Counted from the stretch's first letter, positions 18,623 through 30,402 are shown. The stretch: DNA of 64,000 nucleotides from Nitrospirota bacterium (GCA_963663225.1 OY760142.1:1888001-1952000); one strand, 5' to 3'. Numbers and translations are program-made. The notes: generated by a model not told the origin, from the sequence alone.

Positions 18623-20320
18623 CTAAACCACCCCCTCTGTCTTGGTCCGGGTCAACCGCTTGATCACCAGTTGCCCGGCTATGGTAATAAAGAGAGCCAC
18701 CGATGCGAGCGTCGCCGCATACACTGTCTCACCGTCTTCATTCAGCGTATAAATCGCCACGCCGATGGTCCTCGTGGTCGGACCGTACAGCAGAACAGAT
18801 GTCGTTAATTCGTGCAGGGCTGGCAGAAAAATGAGGAAAAAAGCGGCGGCCATGCCGGGTTTGATGAGCGGAATAACGATGTCCTTAAGCGCCTGCCAGT
18901 GTGTTGCACCGCAGGAGCGCGCGGCTTCTTCGAGCGAATCATGGACCTGTTCCAGCGCTGCGGAGTTCGATTTGAGTGAAAATGCCATGTACCGTGCGAT
19001 GTAGGCGACGAAAATGATCCAGGCCGTGTTGTACAAATTAATACCGAATTTTCCGCTCCACATCAGGATTACCCCCAATGCAATGACGGTTCCCGGTACG
19101 GAAAACGGCAGGACGCCCAGAAATTCGAGGATGTGTTTTCCACGGACTTTCATTTTGACGATTACGTATGAAATAAGTGTTCCCACGATCATGGTCACAA
19201 ATGCCGCGCCCAGTGAAAGAAAGAAACTGTTGAAAATGGCGTCCTTTGTCATTTTCCAGCTGAACAGGATATATTTGAGGTTGTCGAGCGTCATGTTCTC
19301 GGGAGTAAATTCGAGTCCGTAGGTTCTAAGCGTGCCGACCATGAAAATGGTGACTGTGGGAAGAATGACCGTGATCAGAAGATAGAGAATGCTGAAAATC
19401 AAGAGAGGAACTTTCAAACCCCGGAGTTTCAGCAGTACCGGGCGCATGCTCTTTCCGGCGATTACCTGAAAGCGACCGGCCTTCAGGACGAAATTTTGCG
19501 CATACAGAATAAGGCCCGCAGACATTACGAGGATGGACGCGAGGATTGTGCCGGTTCGTATGGCGGCAAAACTGCCGCCGCTCTGGTGCAGGCGTTCGTA
19601 AATTTTTGTAGGGATGTTGTAAATTCCCGACTCGGTGCCGAGGATTGCCGGAACTCCGAAATGTGCCAGGGAGTAGAGTGCCACAAGAAGCGCTCCCGCG
19701 GCAATGCTGGGCAGCATGAGGGGAAGGGTTATTTTGCGGGTGATGGTAACAAGACCGGCGCCTGAAATGCGGGCGGATTCTTCAAGGGTGGGGTCCATTC
19801 GTTCCAGCGCGCCGGAAACCTGGATAAAAACAAAAGGAAAGAGATACATGGTCTCCACGGCAATAATTCCTGCAAGACTGTAAATATTGAACAGTGACTC
19901 GTCAAGGCCGAATATCCCCGAGAGAAATTTGTTTACATATCCGGAGCGCGGTGAAAGCAGCATTTTCCACGCAAGAGCGCCGATGAACGACGGCATCATG
20001 AAGGGAACCAGAAACAGCAGCTTCATGGTGTTTTTAAACGGCAGGTCGGTGCGGGATACGAGCCAGGCAAAAAAGACCCCGATGACGGTGCAGCAGCAGG
20101 TTACTCCTGCGGCTATTACAACCGAGTTTTTGAGCGCTTCGTACGTGTCCGGTTCACCCAACACTTTCACAATATCGTTTACATTAAACTGACCATCGAC
20201 AAAAAGCGCCGTCCAGAAAATGAGGAGCACCGGTATTGCCACCACCACGACCAGTACCAGCACGGAAAGTGCAAGAAGGATTTGGGCGATGCTCATGGAC
20301 TTCAGATACCGTTTTATCAT
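18623..20320 (-). CDS. ABC transporter permease, fused double domain (FbpB-like)
   Basis: About 12 TM helices, two EAA motifs (LEESARISGA, LEEAARSCGA); start ATG 20320 overlapping the upstream stop. Confidence 0.92.
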   Translation of the reverse strand: MIKRYLKSMSIAQILLALSVLVLVVVVAIPVLLIFWTALFVDGQFNVNDIVKVLGEPDTYEALKNSVVIAAGVTCCCTVIGVFFAWLVSRTDLPFKNTMKLLFLVPFMMPSFIGALAWKMLLSPRSGYVNKFLSGIFGLDESLFNIYSLAGIIAVETMYLFPFVFIQVSGALERMDPTLEESARISGAGLVTITRKITLPLMLPSIAAGALLVALYSLAHFGVPAILGTESGIYNIPTKIYERLHQSGGSFAAIRTGTILASILVMSAGLILYAQNFVLKAGRFQVIAGKSMRPVLLKLRGLKVPLLIFSILYLLITVILPTVTIFMVGTLRTYGLEFTPENMTLDNLKYILFSWKMTKDAIFNSFFLSLGAAFVTMIVGTLISYVIVKMKVRGKHILEFLGVLPFSVPGTVIALGVILMWSGKFGINLYNTAWIIFVAYIARYMAFSLKSNSAALEQVHDSLEEAARSCGATHWQALKDIVIPLIKPGMAAAFFLIFLPALHELTTSVLLYGPTTRTIGVAIYTLNEDGETVYAATLASVALFITIAGQLVIKRLTRTKTEGVV

Positions 20321-21429
20321 CACGCAACCACCTCTCCGGCCGCGACTTCCTTTTGGGAGAACCATTTTATATCGAGAAATTTCAGGCTGACGATGTCGCC
20401 TTCCTTAAACATGTTTTTTTGAGCAAGGGCTTCCTGAATGTCTTGTTGGACGCGTATTTCTACATCTCCCACAAGGACACGATAGTCAATTTGCGGCCCA
20501 AGATAGACCGCGCGCTTCAGCGTTCCCTGCAGGCCGGCGGCATTCCTTCCAATCCTGATATCGTGAGGGCGGCATGCCGCGACCATTCCCTCGGAGCGCA
20601 GCATGTCGTTGTTTGCGGAGGGTGGAACAAAGCCAAGGGAAGCATCGCTTCCCTGAATGCAGACTTGCCCGTTCCGGCTCTCCACCGGGATAAAGTTGGA
20701 AACACCCATGAACCTGAAGACAAAGCTGTCCGTGGGACGTTCAAAAATCTCATCCGGGGTCCCGATCTGACGGATGACTCCGGTTTTATCCATAATGGCG
20801 ACGCGATCGGATATGGCGAGAGCCACTTCCTGGTCATGCGTCACGTAGAGGATGGTCACATCGGTATTTTTTTGCAGCCCTTTTATCTCGAACCGCATTT
20901 CCTCCCGGAGGTTTGCATCAAGGTTGGAAAGCGGTTCATCAAGGAGCATGATTTCAGGCCGCGATACGAGGGCGCGCGCCAGTGCGACGCGCTGCTGCTG
21001 GCCGCCGGAAAGCTGGTAAGGGAGGCGCTGCTCCAGGGTGTTGAGATTCACCATGGCGATTGTTTTCAGGGTACGGTCATCCGCCTCTTCCTTCGGTATC
21101 CTCTGGATGAGGAGCGGATATATCACATTTTCGTACACGGTTTTATGGGGCCATACCGCATAATCCTGAAACACGACTCCGATACGGCGTTTTTCCGGCT
21201 GGAGATGGATTTTTTGAGCAGGGCTGGAAACCAGGGTATCGCCGATCCATATTTCACCGCTGTCCGGCTGCTCGAATCCTGCGATCATTCGCAGGACGAC
21301 TGTTTTCCCGCATCCGGATGGACCGAGAAACGTGAAACACTCGCCATCCTTGATGGTGATGTTCAAGTTCTTCACTACCATGTGTTTTCCATATGATTTT
21401 GTAACATTGAGCAGTCGTACATCGGCCAT
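20320..21429 (-). CDS. ABC transporter ATP-binding protein (PotA/FbpC family)
   Basis: [26 protein letters not shown]. Confidence 0.93.
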   Translation of the reverse strand: MADVRLLNVTKSYGKHMVVKNLNITIKDGECFTFLGPSGCGKTVVLRMIAGFEQPDSGEIWIGDTLVSSPAQKIHLQPEKRRIGVVFQDYAVWPHKTVYENVIYPLLIQRIPKEEADDRTLKTIAMVNLNTLEQRLPYQLSGGQQQRVALARALVSRPEIMLLDEPLSNLDANLREEMRFEIKGLQKNTDVTILYVTHDQEVALAISDRVAIMDKTGVIRQIGTPDEIFERPTDSFVFRFMGVSNFIPVESRNGQVCIQGSDASLGFVPPSANNDMLRSEGMVAACRPHDIRIGRNAAGLQGTLKRAVYLGPQIDYRVLVGDVEIRVQQDIQEALAQKNMFKEGDIVSLKFLDIKWFSQKEVAAGEVVA

Positions 21430-21513
21430 AAGGATCCTCTGTCCAGACCGGACAGTCTATTGGGCTGCCTGGCCTGATAAAAAAAATGTTTGCAGCGCGA
21501 GAATGTTTCACAT

Positions 21514-21624
21514 CAATCCCTGCGACAGAGAATCCCCCGACTCTCGTCGGGGGAGGAATGCAGTAAGTCGCGGGAGGTCGTGTCTATCGAGGGAGCCTCC
21601 GGCTCCTGCCGGAGGGGACTCCAC
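21514..21624 (+). mobile_element. Copy B (best preserved) of a short IS200/IS605-end-like two-hairpin element
   Basis: Hairpins TCCCCCGAC-TCTC-GTCGGGGGA and CCTCCGGC-TCCT-GCCGGAGG; homologous copies at 8827 and 43983. Confidence 0.65.
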
Positions 21625-21679
21625 ACAACAACGTGAATCCGGCGCTCTTTGATCGTTGGGGTGGCAGGCAAAGGTGATA

Positions 21680-22672
21680 TTACTTTGCCCGCATAATGGA
21701 GTCGAATTTCTTAATGATGGCTTCTTTTTCTTCCATCGTTTTGAGATAATCGAGCTTCATCGCGCGTTTTACCGCCTGATCCGTTGGAGGAAGTCCGTAT
21801 TTCTTTAATATCGGCACATCGGACCGAATGGGAAGGGTTCCGGATGCCGCGACAATGGTCTGGCCTTCCTTCGAGAGGAGAAAGTCGATGAATTTTCTCG
21901 CTGCCTGCTGATTAGGGGTGCCTTTGATAATGGCGACAGGGCTCGGAATGACGAGCATTTCCTTCGGGTAAGCGAAGCCGATGTTTGCACCTTTTTCCAT
22001 CTTATCCGTGACGATATAATCAACACCTAGTGCGGCTTTAAGGTCTCCCGATGCCGTATCATCAACCACCTGTCCGGATCCCTGTCCTACTTTTGCGCCG
22101 TTTTCCTTCAACTTATGAATGTAATCCCATCCCATGGTGTTGACGATCATGGCGATGCTCATGAACGCCGTTCCGGAGAGGGCGGGATTCGCAATGCCGA
22201 ATCCGCCTTTAAAACGCGGGTCCAGCAGATCCTGCCATGATTTAGGAGCAGCGCTCACTTTTTTTGTATTGTAGGAAATCCCGAGGGTGCCGAGCCGGGC
22301 AGGAGTGAAATAACCTTCAGGATCTTTCACGGTGCTTTTGACGTTTTTGGCTTCGGGAGAAGAATATTTTTCAAGCATGCCTTCCTTTTTGAGCTGATAA
22401 AAATCCGGCACTTCGCTGTGCCACAGGACGTCCACGGTCATCTTTCCTGATTGGCGTTCAGCAGCGATCTTTGCCATGAGTTTGCCGGCACCGGCTGAAT
22501 AATAATCAAACGTAATGTCAGGATATTTCTTTACGAATGCATCACGGAGTTTCCCAATAAGGCTTTCTTTCATGGACGTATAAACCATGAGTTTTTCAGC
22601 AGCGAATGCGGCCTGCCCGGTGCTGCACAGCATGAACGAGAGTGCGATTAAACAACCCAGCAACTTTTTCAT
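21680..22672 (-). CDS. ABC transporter substrate-binding protein (Fe3+/AfuA/phosphonate-type cluster)
   Basis: Signal peptide, VYTS, YNTKKV..PKSWQDLLDP, NPALSGT, AARKFIDFLLSKEGQ. Confidence 0.9.
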   Translation of the reverse strand: MKKLLGCLIALSFMLCSTGQAAFAAEKLMVYTSMKESLIGKLRDAFVKKYPDITFDYYSAGAGKLMAKIAAERQSGKMTVDVLWHSEVPDFYQLKKEGMLEKYSSPEAKNVKSTVKDPEGYFTPARLGTLGISYNTKKVSAAPKSWQDLLDPRFKGGFGIANPALSGTAFMSIAMIVNTMGWDYIHKLKENGAKVGQGSGQVVDDTASGDLKAALGVDYIVTDKMEKGANIGFAYPKEMLVIPSPVAIIKGTPNQQAARKFIDFLLSKEGQTIVAASGTLPIRSDVPILKKYGLPPTDQAVKRAMKLDYLKTMEEKEAIIKKFDSIMRAK

Positions 22673-22834
22673 CTGTTATTCCTCCTTTTAGTTTCAGTGA
22701 ATGATGAATGTTTATCCTCTGCACAAGAGAGAGCGGGAGTTTGCGTCCAAAACACAGCGTGCTTTTCGATCCGGGTTTCCATACTAAACGTCTATTGTAA
22801 ATATAGGCAGCGCGCGTATTTTTTCAATAATGAA

Positions 22835-23797
22835 CTACCAGCTTCCTGAAGAGCCTCCGCCGCCCGATGAACCGCCGCTTCCTGAAAAACCGGAGCCTCC
22901 GGAGCTCCCTGAACTCCAGGAACTGCCGGAACCGCCGGACGTGAACGTGAAACCGCCGATCGATGCGCGTCCCTTGGTAAGGAGGTCTTTCTGCGCTTTG
23001 CTATACCATTCAGTTTTCTTAACCAGTAACTTCGCAATCGGAAAGAGCACCACGTAGGTCACGAGCAGATACAGCGCTCCTGTTGTGCCGACGACCATGA
23101 TGGGAAACATGGCCCAGAAGGGGATAAGAAAGAAATAGAGAAACCAGCCGACGCCGGGCGTCAGGACGCCGATTACGGTGAACAGGCCGATGATGCCGAA
23201 AATGAAGGCGCCGATGAGAATCCGTTCCGTCATCGGAAGGTCAGGGGTGTCGATGCTGAAGCCCGACGATGATTGCTTTTCGCCGCGGCCTGTGTTTTGG
23301 GCGCTGCCGGACAGCGCGCCTCCTTCAAGGACCGTGATGATGGATTGCACTCCCGCTTCAATGCCGCCGTCATAGTCCCCGTTTTTAAACCGGGGTGTCA
23401 TGGCATTTCGGATAATGCTGCCCGCGAGTGAGTCGGTCAGCACGCCTTCCAGTCCATAGCCCACCTCAATGCGCATGCGGCGGTCCTTTGGCGCGACAAT
23501 GATCAGAACACCGTTATCTTTTCCTTTTTTACCCAGTTTCCATGACTTGAAGACTTCATCGGCGTAATTCTCAATGCTCTCGCCGTCAAGTGCCGGGATT
23601 GTCAGTACGGCGATCTGGTTGGTTGTCCGGTCTTCGTGCGCTTTGAGGCGTTCGGTCAGAGAGCGGCGCATGTCGGTACTCAATATTTCAGCGTTGTCGG
23701 TAACGCGTCCCGTAAGGTAGGGGACGTCCACCGCTGAAGCATCACTCGTCATCAGGAGTATGAGGGCAGAAAACAGAACGCGGAAAATGAATTTCAT
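22835..23797 (-). CDS. TPM-domain protein (YgcG/UPF0603-like) with Gly/Ser-rich tail
   Basis: GRVTDNA, WKLGKKGKDNGVL, RIEVGYGLEGVLTD, tail GGSSGGGGSSGSW. Confidence 0.92.
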   Translation of the reverse strand: MKFIFRVLFSALILLMTSDASAVDVPYLTGRVTDNAEILSTDMRRSLTERLKAHEDRTTNQIAVLTIPALDGESIENYADEVFKSWKLGKKGKDNGVLIIVAPKDRRMRIEVGYGLEGVLTDSLAGSIIRNAMTPRFKNGDYDGGIEAGVQSIITVLEGGALSGSAQNTGRGEKQSSSGFSIDTPDLPMTERILIGAFIFGIIGLFTVIGVLTPGVGWFLYFFLIPFWAMFPIMVVGTTGALYLLVTYVVLFPIAKLLVKKTEWYSKAQKDLLTKGRASIGGFTFTSGGSGSSWSSGSSGGSGFSGSGGSSGGGGSSGSW

Positions 23798-24444
23798 GGC
23801 CTCTCCTCCTCGATGATTTCGTCGGGAAGTTCATTCTTGGCAAGTGTGCCGGATGGCGCTGCGTGCAGATGTTCCTGCAGGCTGTTCAGACCTTCATTCA
23901 GTGCGCGGGCGACCTGGCCGGAGGCAAGAACAGCTGTCATGCGGGAAACGATTTCTTCCAGAGCAGTCCGGTCCAGGCGCTCAGCCAGTCCCGTGTCAGG
24001 CTGCACGACAACCTGCCGTTCAAAAAGGCTGATCAGCAACAGAATTCCCGTGCGGCGACTCGTGCCAAATAATTCATGGGAAAGGAAGAGGGATTGAGCA
24101 TGCTGCCGCACTTCCATTTCTGCGTGGTGGGCGTCAAGGAAGAATCGGGCAAACCACGGAACGGCAACACACAACAGAGCGCAGACAGCGCCGGCCATGA
24201 GCGTAGTGACGACGGCAAGCAGCACGGCATGGCCTGTATTCCAGGAAGGTCGAACCAGTTCCAGAATGGTAATGAAAAGTCCTATTACGGATGCTCCCAG
24301 CGCAAAGGCTTTCCAGGGCAGTTCGGCATATGTATCGCTGCGTTCGATGACCGCGAGCACAATCTGTGCGCCTGTCCGTTTTTCCGTTTCAGCTACCCGG
24401 TTATCTAGATCACAGCGCTCCTGATCACTGAGGGGTCGTGGCAC
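23794..24444 (-). CDS. TPM-domain membrane protein
   Basis: AETEKRTGAQIV, TGILLLISLFERQ..PDTG, NELPD; GAGGTGA RBS before GTG 24444. Confidence 0.85.
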   Translation of the reverse strand: MPRPLSDQERCDLDNRVAETEKRTGAQIVLAVIERSDTYAELPWKAFALGASVIGLFITILELVRPSWNTGHAVLLAVVTTLMAGAVCALLCVAVPWFARFFLDAHHAEMEVRQHAQSLFLSHELFGTSRRTGILLLISLFERQVVVQPDTGLAERLDRTALEEIVSRMTAVLASGQVARALNEGLNSLQEHLHAAPSGTLAKNELPDEIIEEERP

Positions 24445-24527
24445 GGTTATCACCTCGCAGAGGGTAATTGTATGGTGTTCGAGACGGATGTTTATAAACG
24501 ACAGGCGAAGAATCGTTTGTTTCAGCT

Positions 24528-24860
24528 TCAGGAACCGGTGTCTTCCTGCTGGCTTTTGCGGTAATACTCGGCCACCGGGACGCTACTGCTCAGTCCGTTT
24601 TCAGCGGCAAGGTTTGCAACATCGTAGCCAAGACCCTCAAGCTTGTTGTTCCAGAGAATCTTGCCGGTAGCGACGTCGAGGCAAAACAGTTCGCCGCCGG
24701 TATGCGCGTATATCCTATTGTCTTCGACCAGCAGCGTCACAAAACGGTCGCCGCCCGCAAGCCCGCCCTTCAGCTTCGTTTTCCACAAAACACGTCCGAG
24801 CGATTTGTCAACCGCGGCAACATGTGCATTCACCCCGATAAAGATTGCATTGGATGACAT
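24528..24860 (-). CDS. Small protein with PQQ-like beta-propeller repeats
   Basis: AVDKSLGRVLW and CLDVATGKILW repeats. Confidence 0.75.
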   Translation of the reverse strand: MSSNAIFIGVNAHVAAVDKSLGRVLWKTKLKGGLAGGDRFVTLLVEDNRIYAHTGGELFCLDVATGKILWNNKLEGLGYDVANLAAENGLSSSVPVAEYYRKSQQEDTGS

Positions 24861-24924
24861 GGGTTTCCTTTCTGCAATCAGTTGCCGAATTGTATCATAG
24901 ATGCATCCGGCTTTCGATCAATTT

Positions 24925-25332
24925 TCAGGAGATTTCATAGAATCCCGCTTGTGCTGCTTTTTCAGCCAGGGTTTTTAATGCGGTACTTTTTGTGTCTTTT
25001 GGATTTAATGTCAAGCACCAGTCCTTGGCAATGCTCTTGCGCTCGGCAAGCAGTTTTTCATATGTTTGAACAATACTCTCGGCTGGCTGGTCTGATGAAT
25101 TGCCGATCACCTGGCTGGAGAATTTGTTTATAATTGCCAGCCGGACTTTTCGCGCTGGCCCCGACGAGACGCTTCCGCCGCACGACACTATTACTTCATA
25201 AAAAAAGACCCACCCGAACGGTTTCTCAACCGTGCGTTCTTTCAGAACGGAGAACCAGCGCGTGTCAGTGGCGTTCTTGTTGAGCCTGCTGACCAGCAAC
25301 TCATGCGCTTCTTCTCTGTTGGAAATTGTCAT
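24925..25332 (-). CDS. YrhB/Imm35-like domain protein
   Basis: TVEKPFGWVFFY motif recalled from YrhB/Imm35 proteins. Confidence 0.5.
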   Translation of the reverse strand: MTISNREEAHELLVSRLNKNATDTRWFSVLKERTVEKPFGWVFFYEVIVSCGGSVSSGPARKVRLAIINKFSSQVIGNSSDQPAESIVQTYEKLLAERKSIAKDWCLTLNPKDTKSTALKTLAEKAAQAGFYEIS

Positions 25333-25365
25333 GGAAAATAATCCTGTCGAGTAAAAAACACCGGC

Positions 25366-26739
25366 TCAATTCTTAAAACTCTGCACCGGTGCGGGAATCC
25401 TACCGCCGAGAGAAATGAATCCCTCCGAGCCGCCGTCATTCGGGATGTTGATAATAGTAGCTTCGCCCAGCAGGCCGCCGAAGGATGCCTTGTCTCCCGC
25501 CTTTTTGCCGGGAACGGGAATCAGGCGTGCTGCCGTCGCCTTGCTGTTGATGACGCCGATGGCCATCTCGTCCGCGATGATGCCCGCGATGGTCGCGGCG
25601 GACGTGTCGCCCGGGATGGCCACCATATCGAGCCCCACGGAGCAGACGCTGGTCATTGCCTCCAGCTTCTCAATGGTAAGATGGCCCTTTCTTGCCGCTT
25701 CGGCGATGTTCAAATCTTCGCTTACGGGAATAAATGCCCCGCTCAATCCTCCGACGTACGAACTGGCAAAGATGCCGCCTTTTTTCACCGCATCGTTCAG
25801 CATGGCCAGAACGGCGGTCGAACCCGGATTGCCGATGCTTTTGAGGCCAAGACTCTGGAAGATTTCTCCCACGCTGTCGCCGACATTGGGCGTGGGGGCA
25901 AGGGAAAGGTCGGCCACGCCGAAAGGAATGCCGAGTTTGTCCGCGACCTGCCTGCCGATGAGTTCGCCGACGCGGGTCACCTTGAATGCCGTGCGTTTGA
26001 TGGTTTCGGAAAGGCGGCCGAGGTCGAGATGGGGGTCTGCTTCGCGCGCCCTGTCGATCGCTTTTTTTACGACACCCGGTCCGCTGACGCCCACGTTAAT
26101 CACTGCGTCGGGTTCGCCGACGCCGAGGTACGCTCCCGCCATGAAGGGAACGTCCTGGGGAATATTTGCGAAAACGACAAGTTTCGCGCAGCCGATGCCG
26201 TCGCGGTCTGCCGTGATTTCGGCAGTGCGTTTGATGGTTTTCCCCATGAGAGCCACGGCGTCCATGTTGATGCCCGCATGCGTCGACGCCACATTGACGG
26301 ACGAGCAGACGCGCGATGTTTTCGCAAGCGCGTCGGGGATCGCTTCGATGAGCGCGAGATCTCCCTTGGTAAAGCCTTTTTCAACCAGCGCGCTGAATCC
26401 GCCGATGAAATCAATCTTGAGCCTGCATGCCGTGTCATCCAGGGCCGTTGCAATCCTGCACATTTCTTCCGGTGAAAAACCGCAGGCGGCAACCGCGATG
26501 GGGCTTACGGCAATCCTTTTATTCACAACCGGGATGCCATATCTCAGACCGACTTCATCGCAAACATCAACGAGATTTCCCGCCAGGCGGGCGATTTTTT
26601 GCCCGGCATTGGCGATAAAGCGGTCTGCATCGTGGCTCGCGCAGTCAAACAGGCTGACGCCGAGCGTTACGGTGCGCACATCGAGGTTTTCGTTTTTGAG
26701 CATTTCGAGAGTGGCGATTATTTCACGGTCTGTCAGCAT
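25366..26739 (-). CDS. UPF0210/DUF711 (PFL-like) family protein
   Basis: LDVRTVTLG, PFMAGA, GVSGPGVV, GGLSGAFIPVSED, CSVGLDM. Confidence 0.92.
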   Translation of the reverse strand: MLTDREIIATLEMLKNENLDVRTVTLGVSLFDCASHDADRFIANAGQKIARLAGNLVDVCDEVGLRYGIPVVNKRIAVSPIAVAACGFSPEEMCRIATALDDTACRLKIDFIGGFSALVEKGFTKGDLALIEAIPDALAKTSRVCSSVNVASTHAGINMDAVALMGKTIKRTAEITADRDGIGCAKLVVFANIPQDVPFMAGAYLGVGEPDAVINVGVSGPGVVKKAIDRAREADPHLDLGRLSETIKRTAFKVTRVGELIGRQVADKLGIPFGVADLSLAPTPNVGDSVGEIFQSLGLKSIGNPGSTAVLAMLNDAVKKGGIFASSYVGGLSGAFIPVSEDLNIAEAARKGHLTIEKLEAMTSVCSVGLDMVAIPGDTSAATIAGIIADEMAIGVINSKATAARLIPVPGKKAGDKASFGGLLGEATIINIPNDGGSEGFISLGGRIPAPVQSFKN

Positions 26740-26742
26740 GGT

Positions 26743-27294
26743 TTACACTCGATTCAGTTGTTCGAAAATGTCCCGGTGTTGCAGGCTGATGTCCAGCCCC
26801 AGTTCCTTTGCCTGGCCATACAGGGCGGTTCTAAAAGCGTGCAGGTCCACGGAGGACGGAATATCGACTTCATAAATCATGACGTAGGACTGCTGCTTCT
26901 GGCCGCTCCGGAACACGGCTTTGAGGTTCGTGATGTTGACGTTGTAACGGGCGAGCATTTCGGTAACGCCTGTCATGAGACCCGGCCTGTCCGGCCCGAT
27001 GGTGGTGATGACGAAAGGGGAGCCGGCGGGTTGCGGGGCCGCCGACTCTTCTTGCAAAGGCCGCAGGTGAACAAAAAGCCCCAGGGGTTCGATCCGGCCA
27101 CGCAGTGCGGCAAGAATGGAACTTTCATCTGCGGTATCCTGCATCGAAGCGATGAAAATCCCGACGAATTCCGTCTGGAGAATTGTCTGACTCACATCTT
27201 CGAGATTGCAGCGCTGCTCAAAGAGCGTCCTTGAAACAGCAGCAATGATGCCCGGCCGGTCGGGACCCAGAACGAAAACGACGATTTTCTTCAC
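26743..27294 (-). CDS. Double ACT-domain protein (GcvR-like)
   Basis: Two GPDRPG motifs; usual partner of UPF0210. Confidence 0.85.
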   Translation of the reverse strand: MKKIVVFVLGPDRPGIIAAVSRTLFEQRCNLEDVSQTILQTEFVGIFIASMQDTADESSILAALRGRIEPLGLFVHLRPLQEESAAPQPAGSPFVITTIGPDRPGLMTGVTEMLARYNVNITNLKAVFRSGQKQQSYVMIYEVDIPSSVDLHAFRTALYGQAKELGLDISLQHRDIFEQLNRV

Positions 27295-27303
27295 GGTTTT
27301 TTC

Positions 27304-27810
27304 CTATAGGGAGCGGATAATCCGTTCGCAGACCTCTTCCTGCGAGAGTCCAGCGCACGGGATGGTGATGTTCGCATATTTTTTGTAAAGGGCGAACCGC
27401 TCGTGAAACAGATCCTCAAGGCTTTGGTCGCTTCTTTTTGCCAGGCCCCGGGTGCTGAAATTATGGATTCTTGATTCCAGTGTGGGCAGATCAACATGGA
27501 GGAACACAAGCACACCGAGCGATCGCAAGTGCTCCATGGCTGCCGGACTGTACACCGCGCTTCCACCGGTGGCAATGACATGGTTGTCGCATCGCAGGCC
27601 GAGAAGCACGGTCTCCTCGATTTTGCGCAATGCCATGTGGCCGTCTTGATCGACAATGTTTTGAAGGGGCCTGCCTTCCGCCAGTTGAATCAGCACGTCC
27701 GTGTCCGTAAAATTTCGAGCGGTCATTTTTGCCAGGATGACGCCCACCGTGCTTTTTCCCGCTCCCGGCATGCCGATTAAAATAATATTGGATTTCTTGC
27801 CAATCTCCAT
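27304..27810 (-). CDS. aroK: Shikimate kinase
   Basis: GMPGAGKSTVG P-loop, DTD, ATGGSAV. Confidence 0.9.
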   Translation of the reverse strand: MEIGKKSNIILIGMPGAGKSTVGVILAKMTARNFTDTDVLIQLAEGRPLQNIVDQDGHMALRKIEETVLLGLRCDNHVIATGGSAVYSPAAMEHLRSLGVLVFLHVDLPTLESRIHNFSTRGLAKRSDQSLEDLFHERFALYKKYANITIPCAGLSQEEVCERIIRSL

Positions 27811-27846
27811 AGCGCTTGTTTCTGACGTAAGCGGCGCAGGCCGCTG

Positions 27847-28500
27847 CTATTTCCAGGAAACCGCGTTGAATGTGTTGTTGAATCTTTGTGCAAGCTGCGG
27901 GTAGAGCGCTCGGAACAGCTGGACATCCGAGGACTGCACAGTCGCGTCAGTATATGCACTGTAGGAATAGTTGTAGCGTACCCTGCGTCCCTCGAACGTA
28001 ATCGCATTGATCACGACTTCAAGGGTGCCGAGATGGAGTATTTCGCCCGGTTTCAGAGAAAACCGCAGGGGCTTTGTTTCCATATTTGCATTGACGGCAT
28101 AACTTCCCTGAAAAATATGGCAGTTCACGATTTGATAGTCTGAAGGCCTCGCCTGACCGACGAGAAGAGTTTCATAGGAGGAATAGGAATCTTGTTTGAT
28201 CCATCGGACGTTTTCTTCCTTGTTTGTACTGTAAATCCAGTCGAACCGCTGCTCGGAGTCCTTCTTGCTCAGAAAGTGGAGTTGCACATGACTGTTTGTC
28301 AGGAGGTTGGTTTTATCTATTATTTTAACCCGTGCCAGCACAACCGACGAAAAACCTTCCTCAAGAGAGTCCGTTGCCAGGTTTTTCACATTGAACCAGC
28401 TGGCGCAACCGGATGTTGAAAAGACGGCTGTGAGCAGCAGAAAAAGCAGGAGAACGGTGCCGGCTTTTTTCGGAATGGGAAAAATCATTTTACCTCTCAT
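27847..28500 (-). CDS. Hypothetical lipoprotein
   Basis: Hydrophobic signal with SGC lipobox-like site; PGEILHLGTL beta-sandwich-like motif. Confidence 0.7.
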   Translation of the reverse strand: MRGKMIFPIPKKAGTVLLLFLLLTAVFSTSGCASWFNVKNLATDSLEEGFSSVVLARVKIIDKTNLLTNSHVQLHFLSKKDSEQRFDWIYSTNKEENVRWIKQDSYSSYETLLVGQARPSDYQIVNCHIFQGSYAVNANMETKPLRFSLKPGEILHLGTLEVVINAITFEGRRVRYNYSYSAYTDATVQSSDVQLFRALYPQLAQRFNNTFNAVSWK

Positions 28501-28519
28501 GCCGCATGGATGTCATGCG

Positions 28520-30292
<1,773 letters not shown>

Positions 30293-30331
30293 CTGATTTC
30301 CCTCGTTTTTTATTGGGTAAGACAGGGTTGG

Positions 30332-30361
30332 ATAATATCATTCAATGCGCTCGAAAGTCAA
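30332..30361 (-). promoter_or_regulatory. Sigma70 promoter of aspS
   Basis: TTGACT-18 bp-TATTAT with extended -10 TG. Confidence 0.55.
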
Positions 30362-30402
30362 GTAGCAGGGCGCCGCTGGGCGTCTGCCGAGGCCGGTGGA
30401 AA

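Noticed and set aside
20236-21396. 386-aa plus-strand ORF
   Set aside because: Antisense shadow of the ABC ATPase
22735-22782. GGAAACC..GAAA..GGACGCAAA upstream of the ABC binding protein
   Set aside because: Stem pairing and spacing of c-di-GMP-I are not satisfied, and there is no expression platform
22845-22940. Short tandem-like repeats
   Set aside because: They encode the ordinary Gly/Ser tail of the TPM protein
25415-26875. 486-aa plus-strand ORF
   Set aside because: Antisense shadow of the UPF0210 gene with a typical Ser/Pro/Ala/Met-rich composition
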